Positions 9,689 through 19,520 of a stretch of DNA of 64,000 bases are shown one piece after another (positions within the stretch are counted from its first letter, which is position 1; each line of letters starts with the position of its first letter). A program made the translations under genes and the position numbers. The stretch is taken from the NCBI GenBank assembly GCA_964550795.1, contig CAZKBH010000020.1, positions 8,111 to 72,110 of the forward strand. Direction: 5' to 3'. The notes beneath the pieces were generated by a model, which ran no database searches, was not told where the DNA came from, and worked only from the letters and a program-made list of their open reading frames with translations. This DNA comes from an uncultured Saprospiraceae bacterium (lineage in GTDB: Bacteria; Bacteroidota; Bacteroidia; Chitinophagales; Saprospiraceae).

Positions 9689-10570
9689 ATGGCAAAGAAA
9701 TTAGTTCGGTTCGACTGGGCCATGAAGCGGCTGCTTCGCAATAAAGCCAATTTTGACATCTTGGAAGGCTTCCTTTCCGAGTTGCTCCACGAAGATTTCA
9801 AAATCAAGCAAATCCTTGAAAGTGAAGGGAATAAGGAGACCGAGGACGACAAGTTCAACCGGGTAGATATTCTTGTGCAGAATAAAACAGGCGAGTTAGT
9901 CATCGTTGAAATTCAAAATACCCGTGAAGCTGACTACTTTCAGCGGATGCTTTACGGAACCGCCAAGGTCATCGTCGAACATATCTCTGAGGGGCAGCCG
10001 TATTCCCAAGTCAAAAAAGTGTACTCTGTGAACATCGTTTATTTTGACCTCGGTCAAGGGGATGACTATGTGTATCACGGTACAACTACGTTTTTTGGCA
10101 TCCACAGCAACCATGAACTCGAACTGTCCGAAAAGCAAAAAGAACTTTTCAAAAAAACCTCCGTATCGAACTTGTACCCAGAGTATTATGTGATAAAAAC
10201 AAATCGGTTCAACGATGTCGCTATGGATACATTAGACGAGTGGATATATTTCCTGAAAAAGGCGGAAATTAAAGACGAATTCACCGCAAAAGGGCTGAAA
10301 TCAGCGAGCCAGAAACTTGATATCCTGAAATTAGATCCTGCTGAGCGCAAGGAATATGATAGATACATGGAAGCGCAACGGAGTGACGCCAGTTTTGTGG
10401 AGACAGTAAAACTAGAAATAGCGTCGGCGATAAAAAGCAGAGAGGAAGAAATTGCTGAGAGTGCCCTCATAGAAGGTGCATCCGCCGATTTTATTGTCAA
10501 AATCACCGGGCTGCCTATTGAGCAAGTCCGAGATATAGCTGAAAGGCTCAAATTGATAAAATTGAAGTGA
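9689..10570 (+). CDS. Rpn/YhgA-like PD-(D/E)XK nuclease family protein (recombination-promoting nuclease / putative transposase)
   Basis: 'FDWAMKRLLRNKAN', 'RVDILVQNKTGELVIVEIQN', 'YSVNIVYFDLG' fit the characteristic D...E.Q core and family layout. Confidence 0.7.
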   Translation: MAKKLVRFDWAMKRLLRNKANFDILEGFLSELLHEDFKIKQILESEGNKETEDDKFNRVDILVQNKTGELVIVEIQNTREADYFQRMLYGTAKVIVEHISEGQPYSQVKKVYSVNIVYFDLGQGDDYVYHGTTTFFGIHSNHELELSEKQKELFKKTSVSNLYPEYYVIKTNRFNDVAMDTLDEWIYFLKKAEIKDEFTAKGLKSASQKLDILKLDPAERKEYDRYMEAQRSDASFVETVKLEIASAIKSREEEIAESALIEGASADFIVKITGLPIEQVRDIAERLKLIKLK

Positions 10571-10572
10571 GA

Positions 10573-11031
10573 ATGAAGTGGTTAGCTTTGTTCTCATTTT
10601 GCATATTTTCGTTTGCACTGCCTTGTCAAAAGCAGGCATTGCCTCAACAAAGTCAAAATAGTTATACTTTGTGTGAGGACTACTTTAAGTTTATCAAAGA
10701 TAATTTTCGCCCTAATTCGCTTGGAATCTATGGCCATAACGATTTGTTTCCGCTCAAAAAAGAGGAACAAACAGCTAAATATCGAAACGAGATAATAAAT
10801 CAATGTCTGATCGGAAAAACAAAAGAAGAAATAATATCTATTTTTGGAAAGCCTTCTTTTTCATCGTTAAATCGACTTGATTATTACTTCAACGGCAACT
10901 GTTCAAAAAAAGGAGCTAACCCAAAGAGCCCAAGTATCCTTAGATGTGTTCGATTGAAAATTTATTTGAGCAATGAAGGAATAGTTACAGGAGTTCCTGC
11001 AATAATCAACGAGTCTGGACAAAAGCAATAA
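10573..11031 (+). CDS. Hypothetical secreted protein
   Basis: N-terminal signal-like 'MKWLALFSFCIFSFALPCQ'. No motif was recognised. Confidence 0.5.
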   Translation: MKWLALFSFCIFSFALPCQKQALPQQSQNSYTLCEDYFKFIKDNFRPNSLGIYGHNDLFPLKKEEQTAKYRNEIINQCLIGKTKEEIISIFGKPSFSSLNRLDYYFNGNCSKKGANPKSPSILRCVRLKIYLSNEGIVTGVPAIINESGQKQ

Positions 11032-11256
11032 ATAGTCTTATTTACACGGGGCTTGACCACGTACCAACTAAGGAATATCCAAATAGACTTGATTACTACA
11101 TGACAGCTAAATGCCAGGGAAAAGCCCGTGGGGATACGCCTAACATACCGGGATGTATTCGACTCCAAGTTTACTTTGATGAAAACAAAAAAGTAGTTGG
11201 CGTTGGGGGCATGACAAGAGAGTAGATATTTGGTGCTAACAATGCGTGGTCGATGC

Positions 11257-11496
11257 CTACTTCCCCACCACAATCTCATAACTCGTCTGGCTAGTATAAA
11301 TCCTGCCAAACATATCCGTGGCCTCCACTTCTATGGTATATTTCCCTGCTGGAAGCTTGTTAGGTATATTCGCTCTCCATAAGTGCTTGCATTTCTGCGG
11401 ATTAGAAGGGCGTTTCCCCTCCAAGAGTTCCGTCGTGGTATCCCACTCAAACATTTCCAGCAGATAGATAGGGTCATAATCCTCCATAAAGCGCAT
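11257..11496 (-). pseudogene. Orphan 3' fragment (79 codons) of a larger gene encoding an Ig-like C-terminal domain
   Basis: 'LPAGKYTIEVEATDMFGRIYTSQTSYEIVV' looks like the terminal beta-sandwich of a larger enzyme, with no room upstream for the rest of that gene. It is paralogous to the remnant at 8338-8446. Confidence 0.45.
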
Positions 11497-11726
11497 GTCC
11501 TGCCATTCTCCACCATCTATGCGGCAGCGCAGGGTGGATTTTTCATTGCTTATAAGTATGGATGCTGATTTGAATCGGCAAAGTAGGGCTGATCCCGGTC
11601 AGGCGGGTTAAGGCATACTTTAAATTTAAGAGAAGCTTTGGGGGGCGAGGGTTTTTATACAACTTCCGGCTGAAATGCCGTATTTTGTGTCTTGCTTCGT
11701 ACCGTGAATTATATAAACAATCATTT

Positions 11727-14700
11727 ATGAATTCAAACCTAGTTTCCAGTCGTATTTACCTATTTTTTCTGTTGACCCTGATTTGTGGTGGAAGCAATAT
11801 TTGGGGACAAGTTATTTCCGCCGAAGAATCCTTTTACAAGGAAGCCCTGAATTTGCGTGGGAAGGGAGATTTCCAATCGGCGTATGAAATGACCATTAGG
11901 TCTGACAGCTTGCTTCAATCCAATCCCCACGCGCCCAATCTCTTGAGGGCACAGGTAAAACACTTACAGGGCCTTATGTTGTACAACCTGAATTTGTTCC
12001 CTCAAGCCATTGGGGCACTCCAATCGGCGGACTCCATTTACGCTGTTTTGCAAGACTTCGGAGGAAGGGCGGATTGTTACCTTTTTATAGGGAATAGCAT
12101 TTGGTATCTGGAAGGGGCAGAAGCGGCTTTGAAGCAATTTGACCTGGCCATTCAATTCGCTCAACGGGACGATTTTAATACCCGGCAATACCGGGGTAAA
12201 TACTATCTTGACAAGGCCTATGCTTATGGAGAGTTGGGCAAGTTTAAAGAAAGTTTTTTGTGGTTGAATAAGGGCTTGGAAATGGATCGGGCGCACTTTG
12301 GCGAAACATCCAAGCAATATGCGGAGGCTCTCATGGTACAATCTGTGATGTTCAATTACCAAGGCGATTATTACAAATCGGCACAGGGCCTGGAATCCGC
12401 GTTGCAAATTCAACAAAATCTGAATTCGGGTGAGAATATACAGCATTTAGCACCTATTTATGGCAATCTGGCCGTTACTTATTTCTATTTAGGTGATCTG
12501 GATGAGGCAGAACGCTATAGTTTGAAAACTTTAGCTGCTTACCGTAGCATTTTGGAAGGCGAGCACAATCAATTTGGCATGATTTATCTACACTTAGGCG
12601 ATATCAATGTGAATCGGAACCAACCGGAGGAAGCCATGGAATGGTACCGAAAAGCAGATCTGGTTGCTGATACCAATGATATCAATCTCCAAATTGGGCT
12701 TCGATATGGATGGGGGTTGAGTTTGCATAATTTGGGTAGGTACGCTGAAGCGGACAGTATCTACAAAGTGTTACGGAAGTCATCGGAGGAGTTTTATGGA
12801 GCCGAGCATTCCAATGTGGCTGTTTACTATGAAAACTTTGCAAACAATTTGCTTGCGCTCGATAGTGTAGAAGCCAGTCTTCGCGCGTTGGATAAAGTTG
12901 CAGCAATTAACCGAGCGTTGTTCCCGCCCGGTCACATAACTGAGGCTCGGATATTGGCATTGAAAGCAAATGTATATTGGACGGCACGTTTTTATGAAAA
13001 AGCCATCGAAACCAGTGAAGCAGGTCTGCAAATATTTGAAGGGAAGCCCGATGCGCTGTTGATGGAACACCACAATATATACTACACTTTGCACCATTCT
13101 CGGGCCAGATCGTTTTTGCAAAAAAGCGGCCAGGATCCCTTGAAAGCCGTTCAAGCGTCGCTGGTGAGTTATCGAGCATTGGAAGCTATCTCGGATCGTA
13201 TCCTACGGGAAGAACGGAGTATGGATGCACGGCAACGCACCCTGTCCAACCGGGGAAATTTATATGAGGAAATGCTCCAAGCGCTGCATCAATTGTCCCG
13301 ATGGACCGTTCCCCAGAATGAAGAAATGTGGCGAATTGTAGAAAAAAGCAAGGCTATGATCCTTTTGGACGGCATCCGAAAGGTCCAAATGCCCATGGTG
13401 GAGTTGGTGCTGGATTCTATTCAAAGAACAACCGCCGCCTATAATTTTTATCAGAAAAAAATATTTGATGCGATGCAGCAACCCGGGACTGCGGATGAAG
13501 ATGCGGTGATACAGTGGCAATCGGCGGCTTTTGACTTAGAAACGCGTCGGCGCTTAATTTGGAAGGTCTTTAGGGAAGAGAACCCTGTGCTTAGCGATAA
13601 TTTTGAACCCGGGAAAAATATACGCTCGCTTCAATATGTACAAGACACCTTACTTCAATCCGATCAAGCCTTGCTCGAATATTTCGTCGGCGACAGCAGT
13701 ATTTTCCTCTTTGTTGTAAAGCCCGATACTTTCCTCGTTGAGGAGATACCATATAATTTCCCGCTTGAAGACTGCATTGAAGGACTTCGAAAAGGTCTAT
13801 ATGGCTATTACGCTGCTGGTAAAGAGGAGCGTTCCGATCCAGACCTCCAGAAAAATTCACGCAAGTTATACCTGGAAAACGCCCAATTCCTTTATGAAAA
13901 ACTCTTCGCCCCTGTGGCACAATTCCTCCCGGAAAAAGTCATCATTGTCCCGGATGGCCCTTTGGGGTACATTCCCTTTGATGCCTTGTTGGATCGAATG
14001 CCGGAGAACGAAATTGATTTTAAATCATATCCATATTTGCTAAAAAAATACCAGTTTAGCTACGTTTATTCGGCTACACTGCTGCGCGAGATGCGAGAAA
14101 AAAAACATCGCCAGGAGCCTAGGAATTCTTTATTGGGCTTTGCGCCATTCCTCTCCAGCGACACGACTAACCTTAAAAAAGAACGCCAAACAGTGTTGCA
14201 AAAAGGGTTTGATCCCTTGCCTTATAGTAAAATCGAACTTGAGCTGGCGCGCCAAAAAATGGGAGGCGACATCGTGACGGGCAGTAATGCCCTGTTATCT
14301 AGATTTTTGGCTGTTGCTGGCCAATACCGCATCCTTCACCTTGCCACCCACGGCGTAGCGGACAACCGCGTGGGCGACTACGCTTATCTGGTTTTTAACA
14401 AACACCCGGATAGCGCAGGGTACTCCTTATTATATGTCAAAGATCTCTACAACCTCTCCCTCAACGCGGATCTTGTGGTGCTTTCTGCTTGCGAAACCGG
14501 GATAGGTAAACTTCAGCGTGGAGAAGGGATCATTTCTCTGGCAAGGGCGTTTGCTTATGCGGGCGCCAAAAGCATACTCACCTCACTTTGGAGCGTGAGC
14601 AACAAAAGCACTTCGGAATTGATGGCTTTGTTTTACGAAGAGTTGAGTGCAGGCCGAGACAAAGATGCCGCCCTTAGAAAGGCAAGGCAACGCTATATCG

Positions 14701-14780
14701 AAAATGCTACGGTGCGCAATGCGCACCCGTTTTTTTGGGCAGCTTTTGTACCTGTTGGGGACATGCGGAGGGTGAAATAA
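11727..14780 (+). CDS. TPR-repeat CHAT-domain (caspase-like) protein, paralogue 1, with N-terminal signal/anchor
   Basis: N-terminus 'MNSNLVSSRIYLFFLLTLICGGSNIWGQ'; TPR-like repeats; CHAT dyad context 'ILHLATHGVADN' and 'LVVLSACETGIGK'; 'HPFFWAAFVPVGD' at the C-terminus. Confidence 0.85.
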   Translation: MNSNLVSSRIYLFFLLTLICGGSNIWGQVISAEESFYKEALNLRGKGDFQSAYEMTIRSDSLLQSNPHAPNLLRAQVKHLQGLMLYNLNLFPQAIGALQSADSIYAVLQDFGGRADCYLFIGNSIWYLEGAEAALKQFDLAIQFAQRDDFNTRQYRGKYYLDKAYAYGELGKFKESFLWLNKGLEMDRAHFGETSKQYAEALMVQSVMFNYQGDYYKSAQGLESALQIQQNLNSGENIQHLAPIYGNLAVTYFYLGDLDEAERYSLKTLAAYRSILEGEHNQFGMIYLHLGDINVNRNQPEEAMEWYRKADLVADTNDINLQIGLRYGWGLSLHNLGRYAEADSIYKVLRKSSEEFYGAEHSNVAVYYENFANNLLALDSVEASLRALDKVAAINRALFPPGHITEARILALKANVYWTARFYEKAIETSEAGLQIFEGKPDALLMEHHNIYYTLHHSRARSFLQKSGQDPLKAVQASLVSYRALEAISDRILREERSMDARQRTLSNRGNLYEEMLQALHQLSRWTVPQNEEMWRIVEKSKAMILLDGIRKVQMPMVELVLDSIQRTTAAYNFYQKKIFDAMQQPGTADEDAVIQWQSAAFDLETRRRLIWKVFREENPVLSDNFEPGKNIRSLQYVQDTLLQSDQALLEYFVGDSSIFLFVVKPDTFLVEEIPYNFPLEDCIEGLRKGLYGYYAAGKEERSDPDLQKNSRKLYLENAQFLYEKLFAPVAQFLPEKVIIVPDGPLGYIPFDALLDRMPENEIDFKSYPYLLKKYQFSYVYSATLLREMREKKHRQEPRNSLLGFAPFLSSDTTNLKKERQTVLQKGFDPLPYSKIELELARQKMGGDIVTGSNALLSRFLAVAGQYRILHLATHGVADNRVGDYAYLVFNKHPDSAGYSLLYVKDLYNLSLNADLVVLSACETGIGKLQRGEGIISLARAFAYAGAKSILTSLWSVSNKSTSELMALFYEELSAGRDKDAALRKARQRYIENATVRNAHPFFWAAFVPVGDMRRVK

Positions 14781-14868
14781 GTTTTTTGTCTTGCTAATCC
14801 GCTGGCCTCGCCACTCTTTGAGCGAAAGCGGTTTAGTTAAAATCATGCCCTAATCGGCATTGACTATA

Positions 14869-14915
14869 TGAAATGGCCCACGACGTTTACCGTGTCGTGG
14901 GCCATTTCATTTTAC
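14869..14915 (+). terminator. Rho-independent terminator after CHAT-1
   Basis: Perfect 16-bp stem (tgaaatggcccacgac / gtcgtgggccatttca), 9-nt loop, then a TTTT run. Confidence 0.75.
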
Positions 14916-15027
14916 GATGGAATCGGGATGTTTTATAAAACTTCAAATGAAACCTTACCCAGGAGCCCTTGGCGGCAAAAAGAAGTTGAATATAGACTGA
15001 ATCTTCAACATTTTAAATATAAAACAA

Positions 15028-18000
15028 ATGATCCAACGGTATTTCAATCTTCACAGACTCCTATCTGTGCTTGCGCTATTCGCAGCTACACAGCTACAAG
15101 CGCAAACAGTCGAACCCATGTTTTTCGATTCAGAAAAACAAATGGTTCAAGAAACTAAAACAGCTTTATTGCTGCAAAAAGCCCGGCGTGATAGTATAAA
15201 TTACCATGCTGAGCGCGAATCCGCGATTCAAATCGCAATCCGAAACAACTTGCCCATTGAAGGACTGCGCGAGAGTGGGAGTTTTTCACTGCAAGGATTC
15301 GACGGGTCAGGACTACTCAGCTACTATGCTTCCGACAACGCCGTATCAGCAGAAGTCCTGCGAACCTCGGAACTTCATCCTGGCGGAGACGCAGCCCTTT
15401 CCTTAACCGGCGCCGGGGGAACACTCGGTGTCTGGGAGATTGGTCGGCCGCGCCTGACGCATGTTGAATTCGGCGGACGTGTCATTCAAGGGGATAATTC
15501 AGGGGCTTCCATTGATAATCATGCCAACCATGTTTGCGGCACCATGGTAGCTTCTGGCATTAACGTTAATGCCAGAGGTATGGCTTATGAAGCCAATTTA
15601 CGTGCATACGATGCTAACAATGATGTGTCGGAAATGGCTGCGGCAGCAGCTGGTCCACTTTACCTTCGGGTATCCAACCACTCCTATGGCATGATCTGTG
15701 GTTGGGATTACGACGATTACCAAGGACAGCCCACCTGGTATTGGTGGGGGACACCAAGTATCAACTCAAACACAGAATATCGCTTTGGGCTTTATGACAG
15801 CAAGGCGCGTAACTTCGATGATGTGGTTTATGACGCACCTTTTTATTTACCCGTATTTGCAGCCGGTAACGATCGCGACGATTTTGGTCCTTCGCCTGGC
15901 GCTCAACATGTGGTAAGAAACGCCTCCAATCAGTGGGTGTCCAGCACTGCCATTCGCCAGCCGGATGGCGGCAATTTCGGGTATGATTGTATCCCCCCAG
16001 GTCAATGCGCAAAAAATGTGCTGTCGGTCGGTGCGGTCGAAGCAGAAGCATCCGGAGGTCTGGTCTTTTCAACAATGTCTGAATTCAGCAGTTGGGGCCC
16101 TACAGACGATGGGCGGATCAAACCGGATATCGTTGCTAGAGGCGTGGACGTATATTCCAGTGGCAGTAATAATAATTCGCACTATTACACCTCACGGGGC
16201 ACTTCCATGGCTGCCCCATCGGTGGCCGGTTCGCTTCAACTATTACTAGAGCATTATTCCACCCTGAATCCGGGATTTACGATTCGTGCTTCAGCGTTGA
16301 AAGGACTTGTGATTCATACTGCATCCGATGATTCCGGGCCTAATTATCAGGAAGGTTGGGGATTGATGAATACCCGTGCTGCGGCGGATTTAATGAGTAA
16401 TTCATTCAATGCCAGCAGTAAAGACCGGCTCGTATCCCGGGATTCATTGTCCAATGGCGGACAAAGGGAATATACATTTTACCATGATGGCACCGGGCCA
16501 TTGGTTGCAACAGTTGTGTGGACAGATCCGGCAGGACCCATTTCCACCAATACCTTGAACCCAACCCAACTCCGACTGGTCAATGATCTGGACATCCGGC
16601 TCGTCAGTGAAAATGACAATTCAGTCTATAGGCCATGGGTGCTCAATCCCGGCAACCCTTCCGCCAATGCTACCAAGGGTGATAATTTTCGCGACAATTT
16701 GGAGCAGATCTATGAAGAAAATCTGCCGCGGGGACGTTATTTTTTGCGCGTCACGCACAAAGGCTCTCTGAATGGTGGGGTACAGTTCTATTCCCTGATC
16801 CTATCCGGAAGATCCAATTTGTTGACAGCCTGTAGCGGCTCCATCTCCAATGGTAGTGGTGGAAACAATTACCTGAACAATACCAGCCATTCCTGGACCA
16901 TCAGTCCGCCCAATGCGGCATCGGTCACCCTGAATTTCACGTCGTTCAATACAGAATTAAATTATGATTTTGTAAAAGTATATAATGGGACCAGCGCCTT
17001 CGATCCGCTCCTCGGTGAATTCAGTGGTGCTTCTCTGCCACCCTCACTCACCGCCAGCAGCGGAAAAATGTTTATCGTGTTTGAGACGGATGGATCAGTG
17101 ACACGCCCGGGTTGGAGTGCCAATTACACTTGTTCCACGCCACAAATATCTGTAAGCGTAAACCAACTTTTTTCAGGATCTGGAGCCAACACGAACTCGT
17201 TTGATCTTGTGGCGAATTGTAATTGGACCATCTCAGGCATTCCTTCCTGGTTAACCGTGACTCCCTTATCAGGGAATTCCAATGCGCAGATCCAGGTGAA
17301 TTTTAGTGTCAACTCCTCCACTGCAACGCGTACTGCCAACCTGATAGTCACAGGTTGTGACGGCACGGTACTGACGATTGAGGTTACCCAGTTTGGGTGT
17401 TCCGCCCCATCAACGCCCAATATAGCGGCCAATGGCCCGACAAATCTTTGTCCAGGCGAAAATGTCACCTTGACAGCTTCTAATGTATGCTCCGGCTGTA
17501 CGGTCAGTTGGTCAAACGGACAAAGCGGAACCAGCATAAGCGTTTCGACCCCAGGAACTTATACGGCTTCGGTGCAAAATACCTGCGGCCCCAGTTCTGC
17601 ATCCAATGCTATTGCAGTCACAATGGGCAGCATGCCCAACGCGCCTACCATCGCTGCTGATGGCCCGACAAATCTTTGTCCAGGCGAAAGTGTGACTTTG
17701 ACGGCCAGCAATGTGTGTTCTGGCTGCACGGTCAGTTGGTCGAACGGACAAAGCGGAACCAGCATAAGCGTTTCAAATGCAGGCACTTATACGGCTTCTG
17801 TGATAAACAGCTGCGGTCCCAGTTCGGCGTCGAATGCCATTTCAATCACCATCGGAAACACGCCTCAAGCGCCTACGATTGCTGCAAGCGGATCCACCAG
17901 TTTGTGTCCCGGCGAAAGTGTCACCTTGACGGCTTCTAATGTATGTTCCGGCTGCACGGTCAGTTGGTCCAATGGACAAACTGGCGCCAGCATAAATGTG

Positions 18001-19266
18001 TCAAATGCAGACACTTACACGGCTTCCGTAATAAACACCTGTGGTCCCAGTTCGGCATCGAATGCCATTTCAATCACCACAGGAAACACATCTCAAGCAC
18101 CTACGATTGCTGCAAGCGGACCCACCAGTTTGTGTCCCGGCGAAAGCGTGACTTTGACGGCCAGCAATGTGTGTTCGGGCTGCACGGTCAGTTGGTCGAA
18201 CGGACAAAGCGGAGCCAGCATAAATGTTTCCAATGCAGGTATTTACACGGCTTCCGTAATAAACACCTGTGGTCCCAGTTCGGCATCGAATGCCATTTCA
18301 ATCACCACCGGAAACACACCTCAAGCACCTACGATTGCTGCAAGTGGACCCACCAGTCTGTGTCCCGGCGAAAGCGTCACCTTGACGGCAAGTAATGTAT
18401 GTTCTGGCTGCACGGTCAGTTGGTCGAACGGACAAAGTGGAGCCAGCATAAGCGTTTCAAATGCAGGCACTTATACGGCTTCTGTGATAAATATCTGCGG
18501 TCCGAGTTCTGCGTCCAATGCCATTTCAATCACAACAGGTAGCGTACCCATTGCGCCCACCATCACTGCCGAAGGCCCGACCAGTCTTTGTCCGGGGGAA
18601 AGTGTGACCTTGAGCGCTTCCAATGTATGTTCTGGTTGTACGGTCAGTTGGTCGAACGGACAAAGTGGCGCCAGCATCAATGTGTCCAATGCAGGCACTT
18701 ACACGGCTTCTGTGATAAATATCTGCGGTCCGAGTTCTGCGTCCAATGCCATTTCAATCACCGCCGCACCGCCATTTTTACCCACCATTCAGGTGAACAA
18801 TTCATGCCAGCTCGCTGCGCCAACCGGCAATAATTACCAGTGGTTTCTGAATGGCATGGCTATCAGTGGTGCGAACGGACAGTTCTGGTCTGCTCAGGCG
18901 ACCGGATACTATGGGGTCAGCATGACCAATTTGGCAGGTTGTGCGGGCACTTCCGACCCGGTGTTTGCAGAAGCTTGCATGAGCAACTTGGTGAATGTAT
19001 CCGAAAACCTTTCATTGGTTTTATACCCAAATCCTGCCAAGGATAAGATCACGATAGAAATGCGGTCTTTGGAGGATTTGAGGGATATCAGACTTGAATT
19101 GTACACTTTTGACGGGCGATCCATAGGCTCTGTATTCCAAATAGAAAGGCTTGCGGGAAATTCGAGTACAGAAATTCAATTGCCGGAATTACCTGCCGGG
19201 ATGTACCGATATCGGCTTTCGAGCAGCCAGGGTGATGCGCTGGGCAGTTTGATGATTGTGCGATGA
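15028..19266 (+). CDS. Giant secreted S8 (subtilisin-like) peptidase with CUB-like and BACON-like modules, six Cys-containing Ig-like repeats and a T9SS C-terminal sorting domain
   Basis: Signal 'LLSVLALFAATQLQAQ'; 'NHANHVCGTMVASG' (His), 'AAGND', 'GTSMAAPSVAG' (Ser); 'NYDFVKVYNGTS...GKMFIVFETDGSV' (CUB-like); 'NCNWTISGIPSWLTVTP' (BACON-like); 'LVLYPNPAKDKITIE...' (T9SS CTD). Confidence 0.85.
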   Translation: MIQRYFNLHRLLSVLALFAATQLQAQTVEPMFFDSEKQMVQETKTALLLQKARRDSINYHAERESAIQIAIRNNLPIEGLRESGSFSLQGFDGSGLLSYYASDNAVSAEVLRTSELHPGGDAALSLTGAGGTLGVWEIGRPRLTHVEFGGRVIQGDNSGASIDNHANHVCGTMVASGINVNARGMAYEANLRAYDANNDVSEMAAAAAGPLYLRVSNHSYGMICGWDYDDYQGQPTWYWWGTPSINSNTEYRFGLYDSKARNFDDVVYDAPFYLPVFAAGNDRDDFGPSPGAQHVVRNASNQWVSSTAIRQPDGGNFGYDCIPPGQCAKNVLSVGAVEAEASGGLVFSTMSEFSSWGPTDDGRIKPDIVARGVDVYSSGSNNNSHYYTSRGTSMAAPSVAGSLQLLLEHYSTLNPGFTIRASALKGLVIHTASDDSGPNYQEGWGLMNTRAAADLMSNSFNASSKDRLVSRDSLSNGGQREYTFYHDGTGPLVATVVWTDPAGPISTNTLNPTQLRLVNDLDIRLVSENDNSVYRPWVLNPGNPSANATKGDNFRDNLEQIYEENLPRGRYFLRVTHKGSLNGGVQFYSLILSGRSNLLTACSGSISNGSGGNNYLNNTSHSWTISPPNAASVTLNFTSFNTELNYDFVKVYNGTSAFDPLLGEFSGASLPPSLTASSGKMFIVFETDGSVTRPGWSANYTCSTPQISVSVNQLFSGSGANTNSFDLVANCNWTISGIPSWLTVTPLSGNSNAQIQVNFSVNSSTATRTANLIVTGCDGTVLTIEVTQFGCSAPSTPNIAANGPTNLCPGENVTLTASNVCSGCTVSWSNGQSGTSISVSTPGTYTASVQNTCGPSSASNAIAVTMGSMPNAPTIAADGPTNLCPGESVTLTASNVCSGCTVSWSNGQSGTSISVSNAGTYTASVINSCGPSSASNAISITIGNTPQAPTIAASGSTSLCPGESVTLTASNVCSGCTVSWSNGQTGASINVSNADTYTASVINTCGPSSASNAISITTGNTSQAPTIAASGPTSLCPGESVTLTASNVCSGCTVSWSNGQSGASINVSNAGIYTASVINTCGPSSASNAISITTGNTPQAPTIAASGPTSLCPGESVTLTASNVCSGCTVSWSNGQSGASISVSNAGTYTASVINICGPSSASNAISITTGSVPIAPTITAEGPTSLCPGESVTLSASNVCSGCTVSWSNGQSGASINVSNAGTYTASVINICGPSSASNAISITAAPPFLPTIQVNNSCQLAAPTGNNYQWFLNGMAISGANGQFWSAQATGYYGVSMTNLAGCAGTSDPVFAEACMSNLVNVSENLSLVLYPNPAKDKITIEMRSLEDLRDIRLELYTFDGRSIGSVFQIERLAGNSSTEIQLPELPAGMYRYRLSSSQGDALGSLMIVR
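17404..18780 (+). repeat. Six tandem 228-bp (76-aa) near-identical coding repeats inside the S8 peptidase gene
   Basis: The unit 'APTIAASGPTSLCPGESVTLTASNVCSGCTVSWSNGQSGASI.VSNAGTYTASVIN.CGPSSASNAISIT' recurs with phase boundaries at 17641, 17869, 18097, 18325 and 18553. Confidence 0.9.
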
Positions 19267-19520
19267 GGTTCTAATTGAAGCATTGGATTTTTTTGCGCCG
19301 GGTGGCCTCTTTTGGGGTCATCCGGTTTTTTGTTTGTAATAGCAAAATATTGATTATCAGTGGTTTGTGAGAAAATTTTTTAAATTTTTTAAAATTTATC
19401 AGTACACACCTTACCAGCTCAGTGGCCGTGGCAATAAGAAGTAAATTTACACTCACCACCTGTTTTACATTCAAAATCACCTGGGAATGTAAATCGAATC
19501 ATCAAACTTATTCATAAACA

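Noticed and set aside
11041-11225. Possible short plus-strand coding remnant ('...QVYFDENKKVVGVGGMTRE*')
   Set aside because: It has no start codon, is too short, and has no recognisable similarity. It may be further debris of the rearrangement but cannot be supported.
17512-18833. Multiple 75-150-codon ORFs in alternative frames and on the opposite strand
   Set aside because: They recur with the 228-bp period of the S8 peptidase repeats. They are repeat-propagated open frames inside a well-supported CDS.
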